A stretch of DNA of 32,531 bases from Acidimicrobiaceae bacterium (GTDB taxonomy: Bacteria; Actinomycetota; Acidimicrobiia; Acidimicrobiales; Acidimicrobiaceae): contig JABEUO010000109.1 in NCBI GenBank assembly GCA_013044415.1, forward strand, positions 1 through 32,531. Reading direction: 5' to 3'. The notes beneath the pieces are model-generated. The model had not been told where the DNA came from and ran no database searches. It was given only the letters and a program-made list of their open reading frames with translations. Shown in pieces: positions 1-9,087 of this stretch. The position numbers and the translations under genes were made by a program. The stretch's first letter is position 1. Every line of letters begins with the position of its first letter.

Positions 1-126
1 GGTAGAAGAGGGAAGGCGGGCGAAGAGCGGCCAAAGGCCTACTCTGCCCGCAATCTGTTCACCCGATCCTGAAAGGAAATCGAATCTTGGAACTAGCCAG
101 TTTGTAGACCCAGCTCTATTATGAAA

Positions 127-639
127 CTAAGACCAGGCTTCGCGTATCTTCGTCAATGTGTCACCAAGCGCCTCAGGGATGACTCGCACATCAGCAGTTG
201 CCGTCATGAAGTTTGCATCACCGATAAAACGAGGAACTACATGCAGGTGTACGTGATCGACTATAGCGGCCCCACTTGCGCTACCTAGGTTCATTCCAAT
301 ATTGAATCCAGATGCACCATGGCTGGCCCTCAACGCCTTCACCGCCGTATTGGCCAGTTCTAGGAGCTCCGATCGTGATTCAGCGGTAAGTAGGTCTAAC
401 TCCGCAGCATGGGTCTTTGGAACAATCAATAAATGGCCGGACGTATAAGGATATAGGTTGAGCGCCACCACCGCTGTCTTAGCACGAAATACGACAAGTA
501 ACTCATCGTCTATGCAATCGACATCACCAACTTGGGCGGGGGCGGCTATTTCACAAAGGACACACTCCGGTTCTAGCTTATTCTTCGATAGCTCTCCTGA
601 GAGATAAGCCCCTCTCCATCCCGCCCAAATCCTTTCCAA
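127..639 (-). CDS. HIT-family protein (Ap4A phosphorylase-like, Rv2613c type)
   Basis: 170-aa ORF with histidine-triad motif HVHLHVVPR and an NLYPYTSGHLLIVP core. TTG start lies 2 nt after the thrS stop. thrS-HIT adjacency is typical of Actinobacteria. Confidence 0.85.
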   Translation of the reverse strand: MERIWAGWRGAYLSGELSKNKLEPECVLCEIAAPAQVGDVDCIDDELLVVFRAKTAVVALNLYPYTSGHLLIVPKTHAAELDLLTAESRSELLELANTAVKALRASHGASGFNIGMNLGSASGAAIVDHVHLHVVPRFIGDANFMTATADVRVIPEALGDTLTKIREAWS

Positions 640-641
640 AC

Positions 642-2615
642 CTAGACCTCCGTCTCTAGCAGAAGGTCAGGTGGGAGAATTTCCTCCTTGATCGACTCCA
701 CGAAAGCCTCAACTGGTACACCACGGTTGGGGGTCTCTGAACCTCTTCTGTTGACACCGACCGTCTTTGCACTCACGTCGTCGTCACCCACAACTAAAAT
801 GTACGGAATCTTATCCAGTTTTGCCTTACGAATCCTCGAGCCGAGTGGCTCGGTTGCATCAACAACTTCTACCCTGGCGCCGACGACTGCCAATCTACTC
901 ACGACCTCCTGGGCGTAATCTTCATGATCCTTTCGCACTGGCAGAACCTGAATTTGCGACATCAGCAGCCACATCGGAAGCGCGCCAGCATAGTGTTCGA
1001 GCAGGATAGCGAAAAATCTCTCAACTGAACCAAACAGTGCCCTATGGATCATGTATGGTCGACGTCTTTGGTTATCGTGATCCACAAAATTCATGTCAAA
1101 TCTCTGTGGCATCTGGAGGTCAACTTGAAGCGTGGAGACCTGCCAACGTCGACCGATAGCGTCTTTTAGATGTACGTCAATCTTTGGCGCATAGAAGGCC
1201 CCCTCTCCCTCAGCTATGACATAGGGTATCCCGGAAGCCTCAAGCGCACTTTGAAGTGCCGAAGTCGCCTCCTCCCACTCGGCGTCCTCGCCTACGGACT
1301 TGTCCGGCCTGGTAGCAAGCTCTGCTTCAAAGTCCCTCAGGCCAAATGACCTGAGCATTGCGAGTACAAACTTGAGCAACCTAGTCAGCTCGTCGGCGAG
1401 TTGCGATGGTGCACAAAAGATGTGTGAATCGTCCTGGGTAAGTCCACGCACCCGCGCCAGACCATGGAGGACCCCTGACCTTTCGAATCGGTAGACCGTA
1501 CCAAACTCGAAGAGGCGAAGGGGCAACTCTTTATACGATCTGAGCTGGGAGCGGAAGATCAAGATATGCATGGGGCAGTTCATGGGTTTGGGGTAATATG
1601 TTGCCCCTTCCATCTCCATCGGAGGGTACATCCCGTCTTTATACCAACCAAGGTGACCTGAAATTTCATAAAGTGTAGACTTTGCGATATGAGGTGTCCA
1701 GGCCAGTTGATATCCAGCCTTGATATGGGCCTTGCGGGACATCTCCTCCATCTGATAGCGAATGAAGGCACCCTTTGGGTGAAAAACGGGTAGTCCCCCG
1801 CCAATCTCAACTGGAAAATGAAATAGATCCAGTTCTGCGCCTATCCTGCGATGATCTCGCTTCTCAGCCTCTTTGAGCCTGTGAAAATGCTCTTCGAGCT
1901 GAGCTTTTGAACTCCAAGCAGTTCCATAGATCCTCTGCAGCTGCTCCTTTTTCTCGTCTCCTCGCCAATAAGCTCCCGCGACCCTTAAAAGCTTGAAATG
2001 ACCGAGTTGGCCAGTATGGCCGACGTGTGGTCCCCTGCACAGATCGACGAATTTGTCGGCATTTCGATATACCGAGACCCCTCTGTCACTAACACCTTCC
2101 GCCAACGCTTCATCCGCTAGGTCCTGAACTTGCTTGATGATTTCAGTTTTAAAAGGCTGATCACTAAAGACCTCTAAGCCCGATTCATAACTGAGTTCTT
2201 CCCTAGAAAATGGTTGTTTTTCGGATATAATCTCACGCATTTTGGCTTCAACCGACAAGAGATCGTCATCGGTAAATCTCTGGTTCTCCGGCAGCTCAAA
2301 GTCATAATAAAAGCCATCGGCGATCGATGGTCCAATAGCGTACTTTGCGCCTGGATATAGCTCTAAAACTGCTTGCGCCATGACGTGAGCCGTTGAATGT
2401 CTGATTACAGAGAGTCCATCTGGCGAGCCAGCCGAGACAAACTCGACCACCGAGCCGTCTGAGACCATGGTCGAAAGGTCGGTCAGCGTGCCGTTAACTT
2501 TTGCCGAAATCACCCCCGCAGGACGCGGGTCAATAGACCTGAGTACGTCCAGCACGGTTACGGCACCTTCAAACTCATGGACGCTCTCGCCCAGAACACT
2601 AATCTTTGTCAACAT
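642..2615 (-). CDS. thrS: Threonyl-tRNA synthetase
   Basis: 657-aa ORF with an N-terminal TGS-like region and the editing-domain HSTAHVMAQAV motif. Class II core motifs are present (FRSQLRSYKELPLRL, GLTQDDSHIF), followed by a C-terminal anticodon-binding domain. ATG start. Confidence 0.97.
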   Translation of the reverse strand: MLTKISVLGESVHEFEGAVTVLDVLRSIDPRPAGVISAKVNGTLTDLSTMVSDGSVVEFVSAGSPDGLSVIRHSTAHVMAQAVLELYPGAKYAIGPSIADGFYYDFELPENQRFTDDDLLSVEAKMREIISEKQPFSREELSYESGLEVFSDQPFKTEIIKQVQDLADEALAEGVSDRGVSVYRNADKFVDLCRGPHVGHTGQLGHFKLLRVAGAYWRGDEKKEQLQRIYGTAWSSKAQLEEHFHRLKEAEKRDHRRIGAELDLFHFPVEIGGGLPVFHPKGAFIRYQMEEMSRKAHIKAGYQLAWTPHIAKSTLYEISGHLGWYKDGMYPPMEMEGATYYPKPMNCPMHILIFRSQLRSYKELPLRLFEFGTVYRFERSGVLHGLARVRGLTQDDSHIFCAPSQLADELTRLLKFVLAMLRSFGLRDFEAELATRPDKSVGEDAEWEEATSALQSALEASGIPYVIAEGEGAFYAPKIDVHLKDAIGRRWQVSTLQVDLQMPQRFDMNFVDHDNQRRRPYMIHRALFGSVERFFAILLEHYAGALPMWLLMSQIQVLPVRKDHEDYAQEVVSRLAVVGARVEVVDATEPLGSRIRKAKLDKIPYILVVGDDDVSAKTVGVNRRGSETPNRGVPVEAFVESIKEEILPPDLLLETEV

Positions 2616-2667
2616 CGACTCCGCAGTTTTCCCTGTCGCGCGAATAGTCCACAGCGACTAGTCCAGA

Positions 2668-3828
2668 TTAGATCACTATTCCCAATAGTGAGGCGGCTAG
2701 CGAAACACCCTCTCCACGCCCCACTGCTTCGTCCATCGCAATGAGGGCGGCTGGGACGTCTAGATCGTCGTCTAGGGCTACCCGCACCTCCTCTAGTGCA
2801 CCTTCACCTTCACCGGCTTTTTGGTATCTCGCCAACCTCGATGTAGCGACTTCGAGCAGTTCGCCGCTCCACTCCCAAGAATGTCTGTAGTGGTTTGAAA
2901 TTATCGCAAGTCGAACGACGCGTGGGTCGTGTTCATGCAGAAGGTCACCTACGAATACTAGGTTTCCAAGCGATTTCGACATCTTCACGCCGTCAAGATT
3001 CACCATTCCAACGTGCATCCAGTACTTTGAAAATACCTCCTCAGATGCAGATTCCGCCTGAGCGGCTTCGCATTCGTGATGAGGAAAGATAAGGTCCGAT
3101 CCGCCGCCATGAATATCAATAGTCGTACCCAGTTCCCGCATGGCTAGTGCAGAGCATTCGATATGCCAACCAGGACGCCCCCTTCCCCATCTGGATTCCC
3201 AAAAGGGCTCGCCATCCTCTGGAGCTTGCCACAGCAAGAAGTCGAGTTTATTTCTCTTTGCGGGATCTTCTGGATTCCCGCCTCGTTCCCGAGCAAGATC
3301 GATCATCTCTTCATAGGAGTAATGGCTTATCTTCCCGAAATCTTTTGCGGTTGTAACATCGTAATAAACCGATCCGTTAGCCTGATATGCGTGGCCCTTG
3401 TCCATTAGCGCATCTACCAGATTCAAAATCTCCGCAATCGCCGACGTTGCCCTCGGTTCCGAGTGCGGCTGGACCAGTCCTAGGGCACCCATATCTCGGT
3501 CAAATTTAGCCATCTCCGATGCAGCTAGGTCGAGGTAAAAGACTCCAAGTTCCTTAGCCTTTCTCAGAATGTCGTCATCGACGTCAGTTACATTTCTTAC
3601 GCAGGAGGTTTGATGACCCAAATCACGCAGTCGCCTCTGCAAAATATCAAAAGTAAGGTAAACCGCGGCATGGCCAATATGGGCTGCGTCGTACGGTGTG
3701 ATGCCGCAGGTGTACATCTTGACAACCGGGCCCACTTCAAGGGGAACTTTGTCTTGCGCCGCCGTATCAAATATGTGAATCAATTTCTCTGCCCTACTAC
3801 TTCGGAATTCCAATGACTCTAATTGCAA
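2668..3828 (-). CDS. mshC: L-cysteine:1D-myo-inositol 2-amino-2-deoxy-alpha-D-glucopyranoside ligase (mycothiol ligase)
   Basis: 386-aa CysRS-like class I fold with HIGHA and KMSKS motifs and the GRPGWHIECSA zinc-site region. It lacks the C-terminal anticodon-binding domain of true CysRS. N-terminus (MY(T/V)CGITPYDA.H.GHAA.YLTFD) matches MshC as remembered. Confidence 0.88.
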   Translation of the reverse strand: MQLESLEFRSSRAEKLIHIFDTAAQDKVPLEVGPVVKMYTCGITPYDAAHIGHAAVYLTFDILQRRLRDLGHQTSCVRNVTDVDDDILRKAKELGVFYLDLAASEMAKFDRDMGALGLVQPHSEPRATSAIAEILNLVDALMDKGHAYQANGSVYYDVTTAKDFGKISHYSYEEMIDLARERGGNPEDPAKRNKLDFLLWQAPEDGEPFWESRWGRGRPGWHIECSALAMRELGTTIDIHGGGSDLIFPHHECEAAQAESASEEVFSKYWMHVGMVNLDGVKMSKSLGNLVFVGDLLHEHDPRVVRLAIISNHYRHSWEWSGELLEVATSRLARYQKAGEGEGALEEVRVALDDDLDVPAALIAMDEAVGRGEGVSLAASLLGIVI

Positions 3829-4453
3829 CCCTAGTCTTGTAACGAATATTCAAATTAACTAGAACTGCAGTCATGGCCTCTATCGGTCCAGCCTGAGCCA
3901 ACGAACCGGCAAAGAAGCTATTCATTCCAGGAAAGCCACCCAAAAGATCTACCACTTCGTAACCAGCCTGTTCGAAATCGGAGCAAACTAAAACATCTGC
4001 CTCTATCGGAGCAGAAATCCTTCCAAGTTCCTTTGCGGGCACGTGATGTAGGGCGGCGACCACCCTGGAATTGCGAAGAGATGCCTGTAGTGTCTGGGCC
4101 GCCGATCCCCTAAAAGGAATTACCGCCTGCAGTTCGGAGCCAACCCTCATCAGGGCATTTGCCATTGATATCACCGTTTTACCGGCAAGTGATCCCTCCA
4201 GCGGTTCAACGACCTTTAGCATTGTGTCCCATGGTGTCGCCACCACCACTAGCTCGCAATCCGCCGCACGCAGATTTGTTCCACCAAAGAGTTGTAGGTC
4301 AGTTCTTTCGGTACCCTGAAGGGCATCTACTACCACCTGTGATGCTCTTGATTCATCCCTCGAACCTACCCATACGCTGTGACCAGCGCTAGCGAGCCGC
4401 AACGCAAGGGAACTTCCAGCGGGGCCTGTACCACCGAGAATACCTATATCCAC
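3797..4453 (-). CDS. npdG: NADPH-dependent F420 reductase-like oxidoreductase
   Basis: 218-aa ORF with an N-terminal Rossmann motif IGILGGTGPAGSSLALRLASAGHSVWVGSRD. Length and layout are typical of the F420H2:NADP+ oxidoreductase family. GTG start; the 3' end overlaps the mshC start by 32 nt. Confidence 0.75.
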   Translation of the reverse strand: MDIGILGGTGPAGSSLALRLASAGHSVWVGSRDESRASQVVVDALQGTERTDLQLFGGTNLRAADCELVVVATPWDTMLKVVEPLEGSLAGKTVISMANALMRVGSELQAVIPFRGSAAQTLQASLRNSRVVAALHHVPAKELGRISAPIEADVLVCSDFEQAGYEVVDLLGGFPGMNSFFAGSLAQAGPIEAMTAVLVNLNIRYKTRVAIRVIGIPK

Positions 4454-4541
4454 CTTCTACCTTCTCTCAAAATGGAGCGTAACTGCCAGGTTATGACGAA
4501 ATAGACGCTAACTTTTGTGAAGTCTAGACACGGGAGGCGAA

Positions 4542-5315
4542 GTGGGGATTCTCAACAACAAACGGATCTTGGTTACAGGAGTCCTAACCGAATCATCTAT
4601 TGCATTTGGAATTGCCGATCAAGCCCAAAAAGAGGGCGCCAAGGTAATTCTGAGTGGTTTCGGTAGGGGGCTGTCTATCACACAGCGCGCCGCAAAGAAG
4701 CTTGACCCAGTCCCGCCGGTTATAGAGCTAGACGTCATGAACCAACAAGACCTAGACGATCTACCAACCAAAATATCCGATCAAATCGGCGGCCTCGATT
4801 GTGTAGTCCATTCAATTGGATTTGCACCTTCGGCGTGCATTGACGGAGAGATGTTCGACGCAGCATGGCCAGACGTTGCCACGGCGATTGAGGTCTCTAC
4901 CTACTCCTTCGCCTCATTGACAAAGGCAACCTTAGGACTGTTGGAATCGGGCGAAAGCCCTTCGGTCGTTGGACTCGATTTTGACGCCACTGTAGCATGG
5001 CCGGGCTATAACTGGATGGGGGTCGCTAAGGCGGGCTTGGAATCTTTGTGCAGGTACTTAGCACGGGATCTCGGACCAAAAGGTATCCGAGTCAACCTGA
5101 TTAGCGCAGGGCCCATCAGGACAATCGCAGCGAAGTCGGTAGGTAGTTTCTCTAGCTTTCAAGACAGCTGGGGAGAAAAGGCGCCCTTGGGCTGGGACCC
5201 AAAGAGTAACCTGGCAGTAGCAAGATCTACCGTCGCGTTACTTTCTGACTTCTTCCCCTCTACAACTGGGGAGGTCATACACGTCGACGGTGGTTTCCAT
5301 GCCATAGGTGCGTGA
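4542..5315 (+). CDS. fabI: Enoyl-[acyl-carrier-protein] reductase (NADH), InhA/FabI type
   Basis: 257-aa SDR. The N-terminus KRILVTGVLTESSIAFGIADQAQKEGAKVILSGF closely parallels InhA (KRILVSGIITDSSIAFHIA...). GTG start is preceded by a GGGAGG Shine-Dalgarno. Confidence 0.9.
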   Translation: MGILNNKRILVTGVLTESSIAFGIADQAQKEGAKVILSGFGRGLSITQRAAKKLDPVPPVIELDVMNQQDLDDLPTKISDQIGGLDCVVHSIGFAPSACIDGEMFDAAWPDVATAIEVSTYSFASLTKATLGLLESGESPSVVGLDFDATVAWPGYNWMGVAKAGLESLCRYLARDLGPKGIRVNLISAGPIRTIAAKSVGSFSSFQDSWGEKAPLGWDPKSNLAVARSTVALLSDFFPSTTGEVIHVDGGFHAIGA

Positions 5316-5330
5316 TTTTGACTCGATGGA

Positions 5331-5349
5331 CCAACTTCGGCTAAGTTGG
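5331..5349. terminator. Hairpin between convergent genes (possible bidirectional terminator)
   Basis: CCAACTT-cggct-AAGTTGG, a 7-bp perfect stem between the fabI stop and the stop of the 5402 ORF. No U-tract on either strand. Confidence 0.3.
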
Positions 5350-5401
5350 CAGAGACTGAGTCGAGGGTAAGGCGGAAACTCTCCTTGGCTGAATCCAGCT
5401 T

Positions 5402-6301
5402 TCAAGAAGTCCTAAGCGCTACTAGTCCCAAAACTAGATAGTTAGCGATATCACCTCTTGTTTGGAGTGTAGGCAACTCACCCGATTGACCATCCAAAAA
5501 CCAGTTTCCAGTCCAATTTTGAAGTACTACCACCGAGTGCGTCCCCGGGTTAAGCCACATGTGATCTATTCCTCCTATCGGCCAAGGTGCGCCGCTAGTT
5601 TCGAATGGCCCAGAGTACTGATCGCCGCCATCGAATGACACTTCAAAGCTCGACTTCGCAGATATTGTCAGTTCGCCGAGGGGGGTCGAACTCGATAGGG
5701 AGCAGTGTGTAACATCACCGGTCAGCAAATAAGAGGTTATGCCGACAACTCCATACCCAGGGGGGATTGTCGGTAATGGAATCGGCAACTGCTTGATTAG
5801 CTGTGTCGACCACTCACTGTCTGCAACTTCGGAAGGGGTAGGGAGGTTCGCCTTCCGCCCCCTTCCAGACTTGCAGATTCCAACAACATTGCTCAAGTAC
5901 CTGCTAACCACCTCAGCAGCGGCGAGTCCGAGGAGATCTGACCCAAATGGATCTTTCTGTGCAGCCGTATCAAGTACGCAGGGATTTACTGGCGTCGACT
6001 GGACAGCACCGCCCGTCCAAGCCCCTCCCGGCGATCCTAAACTTACACTCCTGGACGAGCTGGAATTTGACTTTCCACCCTTGACCGTTTCTCCACCCCC
6101 ACCCATATTGACTACGATCTGACCCGGCTCGCTTCCTCTGGTCACTTTCACGTACGAAGTCCTCGAACCGAGAAGTTGGCCCGAAGGTAAACTTGTACTT
6201 CCAATACCGGCCAGTAGGGCGAAAGAAGTACAAAATACCAGCAGCCCTCGTGTCACCACCGGGCCGAATCCCCCAATCACAGCACCTCTATGCCTTTTCA
6301 C
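5402..6301 (-). CDS. Hypothetical secreted/membrane-anchored protein
   Basis: The long ORF runs 5402-6346. The preferred start is the GTG at 6301 (MKRHRGAVIGG...), which has GGAG 7 nt upstream. That start gives a basic n-region plus the hydrophobic segment LLVFCTSFALLAGIGS. A Gly/Ser-rich linker and a Trp/Gly-rich C-terminal domain follow. No family recognised. Confidence 0.6.
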   Translation of the reverse strand: MKRHRGAVIGGFGPVVTRGLLVFCTSFALLAGIGSTSLPSGQLLGSRTSYVKVTRGSEPGQIVVNMGGGGETVKGGKSNSSSSRSVSLGSPGGAWTGGAVQSTPVNPCVLDTAAQKDPFGSDLLGLAAAEVVSRYLSNVVGICKSGRGRKANLPTPSEVADSEWSTQLIKQLPIPLPTIPPGYGVVGITSYLLTGDVTHCSLSSSTPLGELTISAKSSFEVSFDGGDQYSGPFETSGAPWPIGGIDHMWLNPGTHSVVVLQNWTGNWFLDGQSGELPTLQTRGDIANYLVLGLVALRTS

Positions 6302-6735
6302 CACCGAACTCCATTGCACAACCAAAGACTTCCGACAGGGGGCCAAACCCCGACACCAGATTATTCTTACTCCAGTCGTGTCATTATTTCAAGCAATACC
6401 GCCACTTCTTTTCTGGTCGATTCGAGCAACTCCACTCCGCAGGACACCTTGCGGGAGACAAATCGCCTGTACTCACCCACTTAATGAATGCGATCACTTA
6501 CTCAGAGAACCAGCATATAAAGTGACCGCCAGCCGTAAATTAAACTTCCTAGGATCACTCCCCGCCCACTGCCCCATCAGCTGTTCACCGTTTCATCTGG
6601 GTGGTAGGAGTCAGCTCATCTACATGCGCCACTTGCAAGGTTCCGTTTACAACATTCCGTCTTAGGCCTGATTCTCACTCGATCACCACAAGGGACACAT
6701 TGACTTTTCGGCAGCGCAGCCTAATGTGTTCAACC

Positions 6736-7116
6736 TCAAAGAGGGAGAAACGACCAGGACATGGAACTCAATTTGTGATACGCCTTAGACTCTCTTTTTT
6801 GTCCAAGCGGCGATAGTTCAGGGAGCTTTGGTGCTTCATAAGATGTGAGCGCGAGCAATTGGTTCGGACTGAGAGGCGATTGTACAGCGTTATCTCGCCA
6901 CTTGGTGAGGGGATTGGGTTTCAACTCGTGATAACGAGTAACTATGTGCGAAGTTATGCAATCTGCAAATAAGTGCTCTCGTCGGCTAAATACCATCACA
7001 CAAAATCGGGCGACTCCAATTGGTCTGCGACTCACAATAAATCTCGGGTCGGATAGCAAAATCATGACTCCCGCAAACAATGTTCCGCAGCGGCAACTAT
7101 AAGTGATTACCAGCAA
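6736..7116 (-). CDS. Doubtful 126-aa ORF (TTG start) inside a coding-poor gap
   Basis: This is the only ORF of 60 aa or more on the minus strand between 6302 and 7285. No recognisable motif and no clear RBS. It may be spurious or a gene remnant. Confidence 0.15.
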   Translation of the reverse strand: MLVITYSCRCGTLFAGVMILLSDPRFIVSRRPIGVARFCVMVFSRREHLFADCITSHIVTRYHELKPNPLTKWRDNAVQSPLSPNQLLALTSYEAPKLPELSPLGQKRESKAYHKLSSMSWSFLPL

Positions 7117-7285
7117 ACTTCAAACGATAGCTAAATATCCTAGCGCATTATTAAACTCATTAGCGCTCAGCATTTAGAGACTTTACGATGCGAGCACGAA
7201 CTACTTTATGCCATTTTAAATCAGGATACTAGGAATTCTTAGCCTGCCGGACGGTGGAACTCTCCGGCGGCATGGTGAACTTCCC

Positions 7286-8800
7286 CTATGGATTTATCTC
7301 TAATTCAGAAATATCAACTCTAATGTCCTTCAGAACTAGCCCGAGGTCTTGATAGTCCGATTTACCTGTTGATTCCTGCCGAGCTATAAACCGATTTATC
7401 AAAATGCCAGAATCAATTGAGTCTCGATCTGTGAGCAACCTGGAGAATTCACTGTTGCCATCTACGACCGGAAAGATAATCCTGCACTCGCCGACGCTAC
7501 TGAGTACCGAGTTTAATACAATACTTGCAATCTGCTCATTTGCAAATTCAAAAGGCCTGATAAAAGAGATCAACACATAGAGGCCAATCGCAAATCCTAA
7601 GTTGGATTCCAACCCTACTATTGATTCAAATCCTATCGACAAAAGGTCGCTAACTGAAGGACCACTTCCTAGCGCAGTGGCTGACGGAGCGCCACTCTGA
7701 TCCTTAAATAATCCTGCAGACACCTCAACTGATCCCCCAAGGAATTTTGAATGTAGACCCTTTAGTATTGATATAAATTTCTCAGACGTGTTGACATCTC
7801 TCGTCACGTCTGTGCGGCCCGACACTAGAGAATAATGCCTCATGAAATACGAATCATCTTGACCCCTCTCCGCCAACATCACAGAACGTAGTGCCTTTTT
7901 CAAAAGCGGGCCATTGTCGGTCATTCCGTCTAGAATCCCTGACATATAAAAAGCCTCTACGAATGGTCTATAGGTCCACTTTGCCTCGGACTCATCAACC
8001 ATAAAAGCACCTGGTTGGACTCTACCGATCCCCTCTGAAACTAAATGCAATAGGTCCAATAACTCGCTTGCAAGGTCGGGGCGGGATTCCGAAATTCCTC
8101 CCGCCCCTCCCTGTGGACCCTCGAGTTCAATCGGCTTACTCTTGCCGACCGATCCATCAAGTGACACCCCTTGGCCAGCATTATCTAAATCAGCAACCAG
8201 GATCCGCTTAAGCATTAACTCGGCTCTCGGAATCAGATCATCATTGAGACCAAGGAGTTCAACAAGTCGAGGGACTCCTCCCATCAACTCAGCAAGCCGA
8301 TTCCCATCACAGCCGGCAAATTTCCCTCGGATGAAGTTTGACAATTCAAAGTCGGAAAGGGTTCTCGCCGGTTTCCCCCGGACAGCTCGGCTAGGAAGGA
8401 GGTTCTCCAAAACGGCCCGAAGCGGGGAGGCTTGAAACAGACCACCAGGCAGCGCAATATCACCCTCGATTGGTCCACGGCCTTGCCGCACTGAAACGAC
8501 TAACCCGGGGAGCACAATCTGTCGCGCCTTGGAAGGTCTTGCAAGAAAAAGAAGACCATTGTGAGGACCACCACAGAGCACGGATCTATCTGTCACCACG
8601 GAATTGGGCAGCATATGTCCGAGTATCACCTGCCACTCCTGCCCCACTACCGCAGCTGGATCCAAAACATTATCAGTATAGATGCCTGGAGCAATCCTCA
8701 CAATTGAACCAGCTTTGTGCAACCCGTGAATAGTCGCTGGCGGCTTATCGCCAGGAAAAAACAGACTTGCCACCATCGCCCTACCTTCCAGTGAATGCAC
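7286..8800 (-). CDS. Hypothetical protein: AbiEi-like N-terminal wHTH plus Fic-like C-terminal domain with degenerate active-site motif
   Basis: 504-aa ORF. The N-terminus HKAGSIVRIAPGIYTD resembles the AbiEi/COG5340 signature (G-x-l-x-R-l-x-x-G-v-Y). The C-terminal half has Fic landmarks in the correct order: EAFYMSGILDGMT, AGLFKD, then IRPFEFANEQIASIVLN (nt 7532-7561 for the core) where Fic proteins carry HPFx(D/E)GNGRxxR. Confidence 0.7.
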   Translation of the reverse strand: MHSLEGRAMVASLFFPGDKPPATIHGLHKAGSIVRIAPGIYTDNVLDPAAVVGQEWQVILGHMLPNSVVTDRSVLCGGPHNGLLFLARPSKARQIVLPGLVVSVRQGRGPIEGDIALPGGLFQASPLRAVLENLLPSRAVRGKPARTLSDFELSNFIRGKFAGCDGNRLAELMGGVPRLVELLGLNDDLIPRAELMLKRILVADLDNAGQGVSLDGSVGKSKPIELEGPQGGAGGISESRPDLASELLDLLHLVSEGIGRVQPGAFMVDESEAKWTYRPFVEAFYMSGILDGMTDNGPLLKKALRSVMLAERGQDDSYFMRHYSLVSGRTDVTRDVNTSEKFISILKGLHSKFLGGSVEVSAGLFKDQSGAPSATALGSGPSVSDLLSIGFESIVGLESNLGFAIGLYVLISFIRPFEFANEQIASIVLNSVLSSVGECRIIFPVVDGNSEFSRLLTDRDSIDSGILINRFIARQESTGKSDYQDLGLVLKDIRVDISELEINP

Positions 8801-9059
8801 CGCATAATCTCACAGGCACCGAAAAGTATCGGCTAATTGGTATCGTATCTGGAGGTCAGCGAGGAGTGAACCTGGTCAAACACGAACCCATGCGCAGCCA
8901 GCAATTAAATGGCCGTCACCTCGCCACGCTAGAGGCATGCGTCAGTGACAATATGTCCTTTTAATTTTGTTTTATCACTGAAATCTGTGACCTCAAAGAT
9001 TTGGACCTTCCATTAGTACTCGCACATCTCGCCTCCCAACTCTGGCCCAATACCAGGCG

Positions 9060-9087
9060 AAAAAAAGGCTACCTGTTGTCAGTCGCC
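9060..9087 (-). terminator. Rho-independent terminator candidate after chlID
   Basis: Minus strand reads GGCGACTG-acaa-CAGGTAGCC followed directly by TTTTTTT, about 60 nt downstream of the chlID stop. The stem is imperfect. Confidence 0.5.

Noticed and set aside
1-126. Possible 5' end of a minus-strand gene downstream of the HIT gene. PgsA would be expected by actinobacterial synteny.
   Set aside because: The fully open frame is the HIT frame after its stop codon and has no ATG/GTG/TTG. The other frames give only a 10-codon TTG-initiated fragment at the window edge, which is too little to call.
2668-3828. Annotation as cysteinyl-tRNA synthetase (cysS).
   Set aside because: The protein is only 386 aa and ends where the anticodon-binding domain of CysRS would begin. 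The sequence tracks MshC throughout, so mshC is preferred.
6556-6585. C-rich tract (CTCCCCGCCCACTGCCCCATC) considered as a 6C-type sRNA or, on the opposite strand, a G-quadruplex.
   Set aside because: There are only three C/G runs, no pair of hairpins with C-rich loops, and no flanking promoter or terminator. This is insufficient.
5337-8840. Shared TCGGCTAA(G)TTGG motif at 5337-5349 and 8829-8840, considered as att-like direct repeats bounding the islet.
   Set aside because: Only an 8-nt exact core is shared. A match of that length between the two flanks is expected by chance at roughly even odds.
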